Below, piece after piece: positions 1 through 9,040 of a stretch of DNA of 64,000 nt. Each line of letters starts with the position of its first letter. Position 1 is the first letter of the stretch. The position numbers and the translations under genes were made by a program. Origin of the DNA: Bacteroidales bacterium (lineage in GTDB: Bacteria > Bacteroidota > Bacteroidia > Bacteroidales > WCHB1-69); NCBI GenBank assembly GCA_016288655.1, contig JAEEKX010000043.1:208-64207 (forward strand). Reading direction: 5' to 3'. A model generated the notes under the pieces. The model worked only from the letters and a program-made list of their open reading frames with translations. It did no database searches and was not told the DNA's origin.

Positions 1-148
1 TGCAACTCACAACCAAGTTGTCAGACACAATTTATAAGAGGAGTTGTGTTTGCGGGTGCAAAGGAATATCACGCAAGACTGAAATCCTGCCCAAAAACGG
101 AAATCTAACCCCTGAAACCAAACCCCTCGAATTTCTAAGCTATAACCC

Positions 149-1483
149 TTACCTTCTCTTCCGCGTGCTCAACGCCGCCATCAGGTTCTTCGCCTTGCCG
201 GAGTTCACCATCTTCATCATCTTGCGGGTGTCGTAGAACTGCTTGAGCAGACGGTTCACCTCCTGGATGTCGGTGCCGCTGCCTTCGGCGATGCGCTTCT
301 TGCGGCTGCCGTTGATGATGTCGGGGTTCTGGCGCTCGGCGGGCGTCATCGAGAGGATGATCGCCTCCACTCCCTTGAAAGCGGTGTCGTCGATGTCGAG
401 GTCGCGGATGGCTTTGCCCATGCCCGGAATCATCCCCATCAACTCCTTCACGTTCCCCATCTTCTTGATCTGCTGGATCTGATTGAGGAAGTCGTTGAAG
501 TCGAACTGGTTCTTGGCGAGTTTCTTCTGCAACTTGGCGGCCTCTTCCTCGTCGAACTGCGCCTGGGCGGTCTCGACGAACGAGCGGATGTCGCCCATGC
601 CGAGGATGCGTTCGGCCATGCGGTCGGGATGGAAGACGTCCAATGCCTCCATCTTCTCGCCGGTGCCGATGAACTTGATGGGCTTGTTGACCACCGCCTT
701 GATGGTGAGCGCCGCACCACCGCGGGTGTCGCCATCCATCTTGGTGAGGATCACACCGTCGAAGTTGAGTTTGTCGTTGAAGGCCTTGGCGGTATTCACC
801 GCATCCTGACCGGTCATGGCATCCACCACGAACAGGATCTCATGAGGGTTGACCGCCTCCTTGATGTTGCCGATCTCGTCCATCATCTCCTCATCCACGG
901 CCAATCGGCCGGCGGTATCGACGATGACCACGTCGAAGCCGTTGGCTTTGGCATAGGCGACGGCGTTCTTGGCGATTTCGACGGGCTTTTGAGAGTCTGG
1001 CTCGGTATAGACGGGAATCTCGAGTTGCTCGCCCAGCACCTTCAACTGGTCGATGGCGGCGGGACGATAGACGTCGCCGGCCACCAGGAGGGGCTTGCGG
1101 CGGCGCTTGTTCTTCAACATGTTGGCCAGCTTGGCGGCGTGCGTGGTTTTACCGGAACCCTGCAGACCGGCCATCAGGATGACGGCGGGGTTGGCGTTGA
1201 TATTGATGTCCTCGGCGGTGGTGCCCATCAGGGCAATCAGTTCGTCGTAGGTGATCTTCACCATCATCTGACTGGGAGACACGGCCTTCAGCACGTTCAT
1301 GCCGAGCGCCTTGTTCTTCACCGTGTCGGTGAACTCCTTGGCGATCTTGTAACTGACGTCGGCGTCGAGAAGCGCCTTGCGCACCTCCTTCATGGTCTCC
1401 GCCACGTTGATGTCGGTGATTTTGCCTTGTCCCTTCAGGACCTTGAATGCCCGTTCTAATCTATCGCTTAAACTGTCAAACAT
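149..1483 (-). CDS. ffh: Signal recognition particle protein Ffh
   Basis: 444-aa ORF. SRP54 GTPase motifs GLQGSGKTT, DTAGR and TKMDGD, plus a Met-rich C-terminal M domain (MGMIPGMGK). ATG at 1483. Confidence 0.97.
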   Translation of the reverse strand: MFDSLSDRLERAFKVLKGQGKITDINVAETMKEVRKALLDADVSYKIAKEFTDTVKNKALGMNVLKAVSPSQMMVKITYDELIALMGTTAEDININANPAVILMAGLQGSGKTTHAAKLANMLKNKRRRKPLLVAGDVYRPAAIDQLKVLGEQLEIPVYTEPDSQKPVEIAKNAVAYAKANGFDVVIVDTAGRLAVDEEMMDEIGNIKEAVNPHEILFVVDAMTGQDAVNTAKAFNDKLNFDGVILTKMDGDTRGGAALTIKAVVNKPIKFIGTGEKMEALDVFHPDRMAERILGMGDIRSFVETAQAQFDEEEAAKLQKKLAKNQFDFNDFLNQIQQIKKMGNVKELMGMIPGMGKAIRDLDIDDTAFKGVEAIILSMTPAERQNPDIINGSRKKRIAEGSGTDIQEVNRLLKQFYDTRKMMKMVNSGKAKNLMAALSTRKRR

Positions 1484-1533
1484 GATATTTCGTTCTGGTT
1501 ATAATCGTAAAAAAAGTTAAATCGCTCTTGTTT

Positions 1534-1707
1534 TTATAGGGTGAGGATGATGTAGATCATGGCGGCGACGAGGGCGATGCCGACGGCGATGAGGAGGATC
1601 TGGTTCCAGATGCCTTTGGTGCTTCTCTTCTTGCGTTGGCTGTCCCAGGAGTTGTGCAGGCGACGGCCGAAGTCGCTGTTATTGGGCTTGTTCGCGGGTT
1701 CGCTCAT
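1534..1707 (-). CDS. Small (57 aa) predicted single-pass membrane protein, below the size cutoff of the supplied ORF track
   Basis: ATG 1707-1705 to TAA 1536-1534. Translation MSEPANKPNNSDFGRRLHNSWDSQRKKRSTKGIWNQILLIAVGIALVAAMIYIILTL: a basic N-terminal half plus one hydrophobic helix. Codons are almost all C/G-ending, like the flanking highly expressed genes. It fills the gap before ffh. Confidence 0.5.
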   Translation of the reverse strand: MSEPANKPNNSDFGRRLHNSWDSQRKKRSTKGIWNQILLIAVGIALVAAMIYIILTL

Positions 1708-2224
1708 ACTCTTCGTTTAGTTGGTCCATTCTTCTCTTTACTATAGGATATTCGTTGCCGAGGGCCTGTTGCATCTGTTCGTCGTTGCCGAACTCGCCGC
1801 GGAAGGCGAGGATGGCGAGGGAGTCGATGCGGTCGGCGAAGATGCCGCCGATGTTGCCCTGGGTGAGGGTGTCGCGGCGGCCGGTGGAGTCGGTGACGAC
1901 CCAGCGCTGGGGTTGCCCGTCGGTGACGATGCCGCTATTCTCGGGTTTGGATCCGAAGACCTCGAACATCCGGGTGAAGGCTTTCGAACTGATAAACAGC
2001 ACGATGAGGGCGACAACGGCGACCAAGATGAGGATGGAGCGGTTGCCGCCGCGACGGGTCTGCGCCGAACGCCGGTTGCCCCATGCATGATCCAACTTCT
2101 GGGCCAATTTCTCCCCTTCAGTGCGTTCGTTCCCCTGCTCGTCCTTGTCGTTCTCAGGGCGATAGAAGCGCGGCTCGTAGTTGAACTGGCGCGGTTTCTC
2201 GGGGTGGAAGAAGGGGAATGCCAT
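1679..2224 (-). CDS. Hypothetical single-pass membrane protein downstream of infB
   Basis: 181-aa ORF whose ATG lies 5 nt after the infB stop. Charged N-terminus and one TM helix (ILILVAVVALIVLFI). No family recognised. Confidence 0.6.
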   Translation of the reverse strand: MAFPFFHPEKPRQFNYEPRFYRPENDKDEQGNERTEGEKLAQKLDHAWGNRRSAQTRRGGNRSILILVAVVALIVLFISSKAFTRMFEVFGSKPENSGIVTDGQPQRWVVTDSTGRRDTLTQGNIGGIFADRIDSLAILAFRGEFGNDEQMQQALGNEYPIVKRRMDQLNEEYERTREQAQ

Positions 2225-2229
2225 GACGG

Positions 2230-5097
2230 TTAGAGGGTTGCTTTTTCTTCGTACTCTTCGTATCCTTCGATGATGTCACCGACCTTGATGTCGTTGAAGT
2301 TCTCGATGTTCAAGCCGCAGTCCTGACCGGAAACGACCTCCTTGACGTCATCCTTGAAACGTTTGAGGGAGCCGAGTTTGCCGGTATAGATGACGATGCC
2401 GTCGCGGATGAGGCGCACCTTGGTGCTGCGTTGCAACTTGCCGTCGAGGACGATACAGCCGGCGACGTTGCCGACCTTGGAGATCTTGAAGATCTCTTTG
2501 ATCTCGATGTTGCAGACGACCTTCTCTCGGATCTGCGGAGCGAGCATGCTCTCCATAGCCGCCTTGATCTCTTCGATGGCGTCGTAGATGATGGAGTAGG
2601 TACGGATATCAATCTGCTCTTTCTCCGCAAGTTTGCGGGCACCGATGGAGGGACGCACCTGGAAGGCCACGATGACGGCGTCGGAGGCGGAGGCCAGCAT
2701 GACATCGCTCTCGGTGACCTGGCCGACCGACTTGTGGATGACGTTGACCTGAATCTTGTCGGTGGAGAGTTTCATCAAGCTGTCGGAGAGGGCTTCCACG
2801 GATCCATCGACGTCGCCCTTGACGATGACGTTGAGTTCGCGGAAGTTGCCGATGGCGATACGGCGGCCGATCTCGTCGAGGGTAATGTGCTTCTGGGTGC
2901 GGAGACCCTGCTCACGGAGCAGGCGGGCGCGCTTGTCGGCGGTGGTGCGGGCTTCCTGTTCAGTCTCGCATACCTTGAAGGAGTCGCCGGCCTGCGGGGC
3001 GCCGTTGAGACCGAGCAGCAGCACGGGAGAGGCGGGGCCGACCGACTTGACCGGTTGGTTACGTTCGTTGTAAAGGGCTTTCACCTTGCCGTAGCAACTG
3101 CCGGCGAGGATGGGATCGCCCACCTTGAGGGTGCCGTTCTGCACGAGCAGTTTGGCCACGTAGCCCTTGCCCTTGTCGAGCGAAGACTCGATGACGGTGC
3201 CGATGCCGGGACGGTTGGGGTTGGCCTTCAGGTCGAGCATCTCCGCCTCCAGCAACACCTTCTCCAACAGTTCGTTGACGTTGGTGCCGTGTTTGGCGTC
3301 AATCTCTTGGCACTGGTATTTTCCACCCCACTCCTCCACGAGGATGTTCATGTTGGCCAAGCCCTCCTTGATCTTTTCGGGGGCGGCGTGGGGCTTGTCG
3401 ATCTTGGTGATGGCGAAAACCATGGGCACGCCGGCCGCCTGGGCATGGTTGATGGCCTCGACGGTCTGCGGCATGATGGCGTCGTCGGCGGCGATGACGA
3501 TGATACACAAGTCGGTGATTCTCGCTCCGCGGGCACGCATGGCGGTGAAGGCCTCGTGGCCCGGGGTGTCGAGGAAGGTGATCTTGCGGCCGTCGGCGAG
3601 GGTGACCTCGTATGCGCCGATGTGCTGGGTGATGCCGCCCGCCTCGCCCGCGATCACGTTGGATTTGCGGATGTAGTCGAGCAGCGAGGTCTTACCATGG
3701 TCCACATGTCCCATGACGGTGATGATGGGATGGCGCGGCTGCAGGTCTTCGGGCTTGTCGGTGTCGGCGGCCTCCTTGTTGTCCTCGCCGTCATCAACAC
3801 CCACGAACTCCACTTCAAAGCCGAACTCCTCGGCCAGCAGGGAGATGGTCTCCGCGCTCAATCGTTGGTTGATGGAGACGAAAAGGCCGACGCTCATGCA
3901 GGTGGAGATGATCTGGGTGACGGGGATGCCCATCAGGGTGGAGAGTTCGTTAGCAGTGATGAACTCGGTGACTTTCAACACTTTCTGTTGTGCCAACTCG
4001 GCCTGCTCCTGCTGCATCATCTCTTCGTGGATGTGCTGGCGTTTCTCTCTTCTGCGCTTGGACGCCTTGGTCTTGCCCAGCGGCTCGAGGCGCAGCATGG
4101 TCTCCTTGATCTGGCGCTGGATGTCCTCTTCGGAGATCTCCACCTTCGGCTCGTTCTTCTTGGCCGGTCGGGTGTTGCTGTCCGCGCCCTTGGTGGGAAC
4201 CTGCTGGATGCGTCTGCGTCTGCGTCTGTGGCTGGAAGAGTTGCCGGAAGGCGCGTTGTTGTTCTTGGAGGGATCCTTGATGGCAGACAGGTCGATGGTG
4301 CCGATGACCTTCGGGGCCTGGAGTTTCTCCACCACCAGTTCCACCTTTTCCGGGACGGGTGCGCTGGTTTTCTTCTCTTCCGTGGGCTTCTCGGGTTCCG
4401 GGGCGGGGGCCTCATCCTGGGTGACGGGAGTGGGCTCGGGTTCCGGCGCCGGTGCCGGCTCGCTCTTCTTGGGTGCCGACAGGTCGATCTTGCCGACGAC
4501 CTTGGGCTTGTAGTCCTCGACGTCGATGCCGATGTGTTCGGCTTCGGGCTTGGCCTCCTTCTTGGGCGCCTCGGCCTCCTGGGGCTGTTCCGGCTCCTTC
4601 GACAGGGGCTGCGGTTCCGGCTGCGGCTCCGGCACGACTTCGGGCTGGGGTTCCGCTTTCGGCTCCGCTTTCTTGGTCGTCTTGGCCTTTCCCGTGGCGG
4701 ACGGAGTCTTCGGTGTCAGGTCGATCTTGCCCACCACTTTGGGCTTGTTGACTTCGATCTTCACCTCCTCTTTTTCGATGGTGTTTCCCTTGATTAGAAT
4801 CACCTCGGGTTCCTCTTCCACCGGCTTTGGACGGCTCTCGGGTTCGGTCTTGTTGGCGCCGGGCTTGTTGTAGGTAAAGTCCATGTCCAACTTCTGGGAA
4901 TCCTCCTTGACCTTCTTCTCGCCACTTAACTTCTTTACCAGCAACTCATACATCTCGGGCGTGAGTTTGGCGTTGCGGTTGTCTTCAATGGGCATGTTCG
5001 CCTTTTGCAGAAGTTCCACAATGGATCCCGTGGCGACGTTGAACTCCTTCGCGGCCGCGCCTAATCTCGGTATTTTCTTTTCTTTTTCTTCACCCAT
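2230..5097 (-). CDS. infB: Translation initiation factor IF-2
   Basis: 955-aa ORF. GTPase motifs [20 protein letters not shown] and TKIDK. Low-complexity Pro/Glu/Lys-rich N-terminal region. Sits directly downstream of nusA. Confidence 0.98.
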   Translation of the reverse strand: MGEEKEKKIPRLGAAAKEFNVATGSIVELLQKANMPIEDNRNAKLTPEMYELLVKKLSGEKKVKEDSQKLDMDFTYNKPGANKTEPESRPKPVEEEPEVILIKGNTIEKEEVKIEVNKPKVVGKIDLTPKTPSATGKAKTTKKAEPKAEPQPEVVPEPQPEPQPLSKEPEQPQEAEAPKKEAKPEAEHIGIDVEDYKPKVVGKIDLSAPKKSEPAPAPEPEPTPVTQDEAPAPEPEKPTEEKKTSAPVPEKVELVVEKLQAPKVIGTIDLSAIKDPSKNNNAPSGNSSSHRRRRRRIQQVPTKGADSNTRPAKKNEPKVEISEEDIQRQIKETMLRLEPLGKTKASKRRREKRQHIHEEMMQQEQAELAQQKVLKVTEFITANELSTLMGIPVTQIISTCMSVGLFVSINQRLSAETISLLAEEFGFEVEFVGVDDGEDNKEAADTDKPEDLQPRHPIITVMGHVDHGKTSLLDYIRKSNVIAGEAGGITQHIGAYEVTLADGRKITFLDTPGHEAFTAMRARGARITDLCIIVIAADDAIMPQTVEAINHAQAAGVPMVFAITKIDKPHAAPEKIKEGLANMNILVEEWGGKYQCQEIDAKHGTNVNELLEKVLLEAEMLDLKANPNRPGIGTVIESSLDKGKGYVAKLLVQNGTLKVGDPILAGSCYGKVKALYNERNQPVKSVGPASPVLLLGLNGAPQAGDSFKVCETEQEARTTADKRARLLREQGLRTQKHITLDEIGRRIAIGNFRELNVIVKGDVDGSVEALSDSLMKLSTDKIQVNVIHKSVGQVTESDVMLASASDAVIVAFQVRPSIGARKLAEKEQIDIRTYSIIYDAIEEIKAAMESMLAPQIREKVVCNIEIKEIFKISKVGNVAGCIVLDGKLQRSTKVRLIRDGIVIYTGKLGSLKRFKDDVKEVVSGQDCGLNIENFNDIKVGDIIEGYEEYEEKATL

Positions 5098-5154
5098 AGT
5101 AAAAAATTAGTTTTAATATTTGAAAACCCACGGACCAACTTCACAGGGGGGGGA

Positions 5155-6489
5155 TTAGTTCCCGGCTTCCGTCGCCGGCTCCTCCGCAGCGGGTTCCGCG
5201 GGGGCTTCGGCTGCAGGTGCGGGCGTCTCGGTGGCCGCCGGCTCATCCTCGATCTCCAACTCCTCCTTGACGGCGGCGATGACATCGTCAACGGTCTCCT
5301 CCTCCAAGTCGGTGCGCTGGATCAACTCATCGCGGTCGAGTTTCAACACGCTCTTGGCGGTGTCGCAACCGATCTTCTTGAAGGCGTCGATGACCCACTG
5401 GTCGAACACGTCGTTGAACTCCTGCAGGTCAACATCGTCCTCCTCGGTGATGTCGTCGCGGAACACGTCGATCTCGTAGCCGGAGAGCTTGCCGGCGAGT
5501 TTGATGTTGTAACCGCCCTTGCCGATGGCGAGGGAGACCTGGTCGGGTTTCATATAGACATTGGCCATCTTGGCCTCCTCGTCGAGTTCGATAGAAGTGA
5601 TCTTGGCAGGGCTGAGTGCTCTGGTGATCAACAACTTCGGATTGGAGGTGTAGTTGATGATGTCGATGTTCTCGTTGCGCAGTTCGCGGATGATGCCGTG
5701 GATACGGCTGCCCTTCAGACCGACGCAGGCGCCGACGGGGTCGATGCGGTCGTCGTAGGACTCCACCAAAACCTTGGCTCTTTCACCAGGGGAGCGGACC
5801 ACATTGCGGATGGAAATGAGCCCGTCATAGACTTCGGGAATCTCATTTTCCATGAGGCGTTCCAAGAAACGCGGGGAGGTACGGGAGATGGTGATGCGCG
5901 GGGTGGAGGAGATGATCTCGACACGCTCGACCACGGCCGACAGATTGTCGCCCTTCTTGTAATGGTCGGCGGGAATCTGCTCGCTCTTCGGCAGCACTAA
6001 TTCCACGCCCTCTTCGTCGGCCACCAGGATCTCCTTGCGCCACACCTGCGTCACCTCGCCGGTGACCAGTTCGCCGATGCGGTTCTCGTATTTCTTATAG
6101 ATGAGGTCCTTTTCGTACTCCATGATCTTGGAGATGAGGTTCTGACGCAAGGCCAAAATCTCGCGGCGCTGGAAGTCCTCCAGACGGATGGTCTCCATCA
6201 CCTCTTCTCCGACCTCGAAGTCGGGCTCGATCTTGATAGCGTCCGAGAGCGCGATCTGGGTGAACTCGTTCTCCACCTCACCGTCTTCCACAATCTCACG
6301 GTAACGTTGGATCTCCAAGTCTCCACGGTCAACGTTCACGATGACGTCGAAGTTGGCGTCTGCCCCGTATTTCTTTGTCAGTACGGCACGGAAAATATCT
6401 ATCAAGATACGCATCAGCGTCTCCCTGTCGATATTTTTGAAATCTTTGAACTCTGCAAAGGTTTCAATCAAATTTAAGCGTTCTTCCAT
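5155..6489 (-). CDS. nusA: Transcription termination/antitermination factor NusA
   Basis: 444-aa ORF with S1 and KH-domain signature (DPVGACVGLKGSRIHGIIRELRNENIDII) and an acidic Ala/Pro/Glu tail. Conserved nusA-infB order. Confidence 0.97.
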   Translation of the reverse strand: MEERLNLIETFAEFKDFKNIDRETLMRILIDIFRAVLTKKYGADANFDVIVNVDRGDLEIQRYREIVEDGEVENEFTQIALSDAIKIEPDFEVGEEVMETIRLEDFQRREILALRQNLISKIMEYEKDLIYKKYENRIGELVTGEVTQVWRKEILVADEEGVELVLPKSEQIPADHYKKGDNLSAVVERVEIISSTPRITISRTSPRFLERLMENEIPEVYDGLISIRNVVRSPGERAKVLVESYDDRIDPVGACVGLKGSRIHGIIRELRNENIDIINYTSNPKLLITRALSPAKITSIELDEEAKMANVYMKPDQVSLAIGKGGYNIKLAGKLSGYEIDVFRDDITEEDDVDLQEFNDVFDQWVIDAFKKIGCDTAKSVLKLDRDELIQRTDLEEETVDDVIAAVKEELEIEDEPAATETPAPAAEAPAEPAAEEPATEAGN

Positions 6490-6527
6490 TTTTATTGCTT
6501 TTGTTTGTTGTTGTTTGTTCGTTTGTT

Positions 6528-6562
6528 ATAAAATAAAAACTCCCACTTAGAGCCAGTGAGAG
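6528..6562 (-). terminator. Intrinsic terminator/attenuator hairpin between tRNA-Gln and nusA
   Basis: On the minus strand: CUCUCACU-GGCUCUA-AGUGGGAG (8-bp stem with one G.U), followed by UUUUUAUUUUAU. Confidence 0.55.
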
Positions 6563-6574
6563 TTTTTTAGATTG

Positions 6575-6645
6575 TTGTCCAACCTGGATTCGAACCAAGA
6601 CAGACAGTACCAAAAACTGTAGTGCTACCGTTACACCATTGGACA
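6575..6645 (-). tRNA. tRNA-Gln (anticodon UUG)
   Basis: Manual fold. Acceptor TGTCCAA/TTGGACA, T-arm GGTTCGAATCC, anticodon stem ACAGT/ACTGT with loop TTTTGGT. CCA is not encoded. Confidence 0.9.
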
Positions 6646-6656
6646 TTTTGAGACTG

Positions 6657-6664
6657 CAAAAATA
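6657..6664 (-). promoter_or_regulatory. Bacteroidota sigma-A -7 box (TAnnTTTG)
   Basis: TATTTTTG on the minus strand, 12 nt upstream of the tRNA-Gln 5' end. Confidence 0.65.
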
Positions 6665-6836
6665 CATGATTTTTTAATAGATGTACCGAATCTCCTCAAT
6701 TTTTTTTCTTTTTTCTGTAAATATCTAATTTATAAATGATTAAAATAAAGGAGTGGAGGTTGGAAGTGGTTGAAAAAGAGGAACATCTTCCATCATTTTC
6801 AATGAATTATGGGAAAAAAAGGAAGATGGAAGCGTT

Positions 6837-7559
6837 TTATTGTTCATCCATCAGGTCGCGGATGACGACGCTGGCGGCCACGAGACCGAAGATGGCGGGC
6901 ATATAAGATATGGTGCCGACGGTGGAGAGTTTGTTGGTTTCGGTGGTGGATTCGATGCGGACGCTGCCCTCGCGCACCGGCTCCGGCGAGAAGACGGCCT
7001 TGAAGCCCGTGCGCACCCCCAGCCGGTGCAGGTACTTGCGCACGATGTGTGCCAGCCGGCAGTGATAACTTTTGGCGATGTCGGTGACTTGCACCTGCGT
7101 CGGGTCGAGTTTTCCGCCTGCACCCATCGCCGACACCACGCGAAGCCCTTGCTGCACCGCATGGAAAAGCAGGAAGACCTTGGGTGAAAGCGTGTCGATG
7201 GCATCCACAACATATTGATAGTCTGCTTCTTTCAACAGTTCGATGGTGCGGTCGTCGCGTAGGAACTCCTGCACGCAATGCAGTTTGATGTCGGGGTTGA
7301 TTTGCAGCAGCCGCTCCGCCATCACCGCCGTTTTGGGACGGCCTACAGTAGTGGTGAGGGCCAGCAACTGGCGGTTGCGGTTGGTGTCATCCACGCAGTC
7401 GGCATCCACCAAGGTCATCTCCCCGATGCCGGCGCGGCAGAGACTTTCCGCCGCATACGCGCCCACACCGCCCAAGCCGACCACTAACACGTGCGCGTGT
7501 TTCAACTTGTCGAGCCCGTCGGCTCCTAAAAGCAGTTCGGTGCGTTTTGTCCACTCCAT
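6837..7559 (-). CDS. tcdA: tRNA threonylcarbamoyladenosine dehydratase (ThiF/MoeB-family, TcdA/CsdL-like)
   Basis: 240-aa ORF with a Rossmann motif VVGLGGVGAY and a ThiF-family core (VDADCVDDTNRNRQ). Its start abuts the rpoN stop. Confidence 0.85.
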   Translation of the reverse strand: MEWTKRTELLLGADGLDKLKHAHVLVVGLGGVGAYAAESLCRAGIGEMTLVDADCVDDTNRNRQLLALTTTVGRPKTAVMAERLLQINPDIKLHCVQEFLRDDRTIELLKEADYQYVVDAIDTLSPKVFLLFHAVQQGLRVVSAMGAGGKLDPTQVQVTDIAKSYHCRLAHIVRKYLHRLGVRTGFKAVFSPEPVREGSVRIESTTETNKLSTVGTISYMPAIFGLVAASVVIRDLMDEQ

Positions 7560-9029
7560 CTATCGGGTTTTTCGTTGGTTGGAATTGCCGATATTCAACT
7601 GTTCGCGGTATTTGACCACCGTGCGTCGCGAGATGTTAAATCCCTTTTCCTTAAGTAGTTGTGCGAGTCTTTCGTCGGTGTAGGGATGCTTCTTGTCTTC
7701 CGATTCGATCAACTCCTTCAACTCTTCACGCACGACCAATGCGGACACGTTCTCCTCCTCACTTTCGCCGCCTACGCCTTCGGAAAAGAGACTTTTGAGC
7801 AGGATGGTGCCGAAAGGGGTGAGGGCATATCGGTGCGAGGTGACACGCGACATGGTGGAGATGTCCAAATGGGTCTTTTCCCCGATGTCCTTGAGTACCA
7901 TGGGCCGCAGGTCTTTGGGGTTTCCGGAAAGAAAGTAGGCCTTCTGATATCTTATGATCTCGTTCATTACCAAATACATCGTCCTTTCCCTTTCGGGCAG
8001 CAACTCAATGAAGAGTTTGGCCTTGTCGATATTGTCGCGAATGAATTTCTTGGCCTCGGCGTTGCGTTTGCTGGTGAGGTGGGCGAGCATCTCCTCATAC
8101 TCGCGGTTCACGCGCAGTCGCGGATGATAGGCGTTGGCTATCGACAGCACGGGCTCGTTGTTTTCGATGGTGACGATGAAGTCGGGCGTGACTTGGTTGT
8201 TGACTTCGGAGCCGCCGCCGGGCTTGGGGTTGAGGTTGGTGATGACCGCGAGCGCATCCTCCAAGTCCTGCTGTGTAACTCTCTCTTTCCGAATGATTTG
8301 ACTAAACCTTTTGGTGGTGAAAAGTTCAAAATGGTATTGGATGATCCGTTCGGCAAGGTGTAGGGCAGGGGAGTCGTGTGGGGTGAGAAGGGCCCGGATT
8401 TGCAGCAACAAGCACTCTTGGAGGTCGCGGGCGCCGATGCCGGCAGGGTCGAGTTTCTGCACGATTTGAACCAGCACCTGTTCCACTTCGGCGGAGGTGG
8501 TCTCCACGTTCTCGTTGATTAACAGTCGGTTGGCGATGGATTTGCTGTCGCTGTCCAAATACCCGTCATCGTTCAGGCACCCGATGATGTATTTGGCGAT
8601 GAGGTTCTCCTTTTCCGTGATGTTGAGAAAATTGACCTGAAACACCAAGTTTTCGCGAAAGGAGAGGGTGGTGGGGATGGTCGGTTCGAGGCGGTCGTTG
8701 GCGGCCTCCCAGTTGTAGTCGTTGGGTTCCCAGTCGTCGGCGTTGCTGTCGAAGTCAACGTCTTCGCGGGTGGTTTCGCTGCGTTCGCGTGCCTCCTCGA
8801 TGGAGACCTCTTCGGGGAGATCGTCGGTATCGCACTCCTCGTCGCGGTTGTCCGAGGAAAAGTCGTTCTCGTCGTTGCCGTCGATTTCTAAGGCGGGATT
8901 TTCTTCTATCTCCTTGTGTATGAGTTCGTTCAATTCGTCTCCACTAGCTTCGATCAACCGCGTCAACGTAATCTGCCGTTGGGACAGACGCTGTTGCTGT
9001 TTTTGTTCCAAACTCTGACGGAGGGCCAT
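7560..9029 (-). CDS. rpoN: RNA polymerase sigma-54 factor RpoN
   Basis: The true start is taken as ATG 9029 (MALRQSLEQKQQQRLSQRQ, the Gln-rich region I). C-terminal RpoN box ISRRTVVKYREQL. The 76-codon Arg-rich extension in the track overlaps ychF and is rejected. Confidence 0.93.
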   Translation of the reverse strand: MALRQSLEQKQQQRLSQRQITLTRLIEASGDELNELIHKEIEENPALEIDGNDENDFSSDNRDEECDTDDLPEEVSIEEARERSETTREDVDFDSNADDWEPNDYNWEAANDRLEPTIPTTLSFRENLVFQVNFLNITEKENLIAKYIIGCLNDDGYLDSDSKSIANRLLINENVETTSAEVEQVLVQIVQKLDPAGIGARDLQECLLLQIRALLTPHDSPALHLAERIIQYHFELFTTKRFSQIIRKERVTQQDLEDALAVITNLNPKPGGGSEVNNQVTPDFIVTIENNEPVLSIANAYHPRLRVNREYEEMLAHLTSKRNAEAKKFIRDNIDKAKLFIELLPERERTMYLVMNEIIRYQKAYFLSGNPKDLRPMVLKDIGEKTHLDISTMSRVTSHRYALTPFGTILLKSLFSEGVGGESEEENVSALVVREELKELIESEDKKHPYTDERLAQLLKEKGFNISRRTVVKYREQLNIGNSNQRKTR

Positions 9030-9040
9030 GGCGGATGGGT

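Noticed and set aside
18-236. A 72-aa plus-strand ORF at the window start.
   Set aside because: It overlaps the ffh 3' end antisense, and its upstream half lies in non-coding spacer with no promoter box or family signal.
2431-4797. Very long antisense ORFs opposite core genes. Examples: 788 aa opposite infB, 639 aa opposite dnaK (44112-46031), 355 aa opposite aspC (40825-41892), 384 aa opposite the GNAT gene (47085-48239), 392 aa opposite the amidase (56236-57414), 478 aa opposite the sugar dehydrogenase (61028-62464), and 388 aa opposite DPP-IV (30425-31591).
   Set aside because: Each lies exactly antisense to a gene with unmistakable family motifs. The translations are low-complexity (Gly/Val/Asp/Leu/Arg-rich). 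They are the expected stop-codon-poor shadow frames of genes with strong C/G-ending codon bias. None has an independent promoter box or start context.
6464-6667. A 67-aa ORF over tRNA-Gln. Similar ORFs lie over tRNA-Glu (43800-44066) and tRNA-Gly (46805-47155).
   Set aside because: They overlap clean cloverleaf tRNA genes and their promoters and terminators, so they are chance frames.
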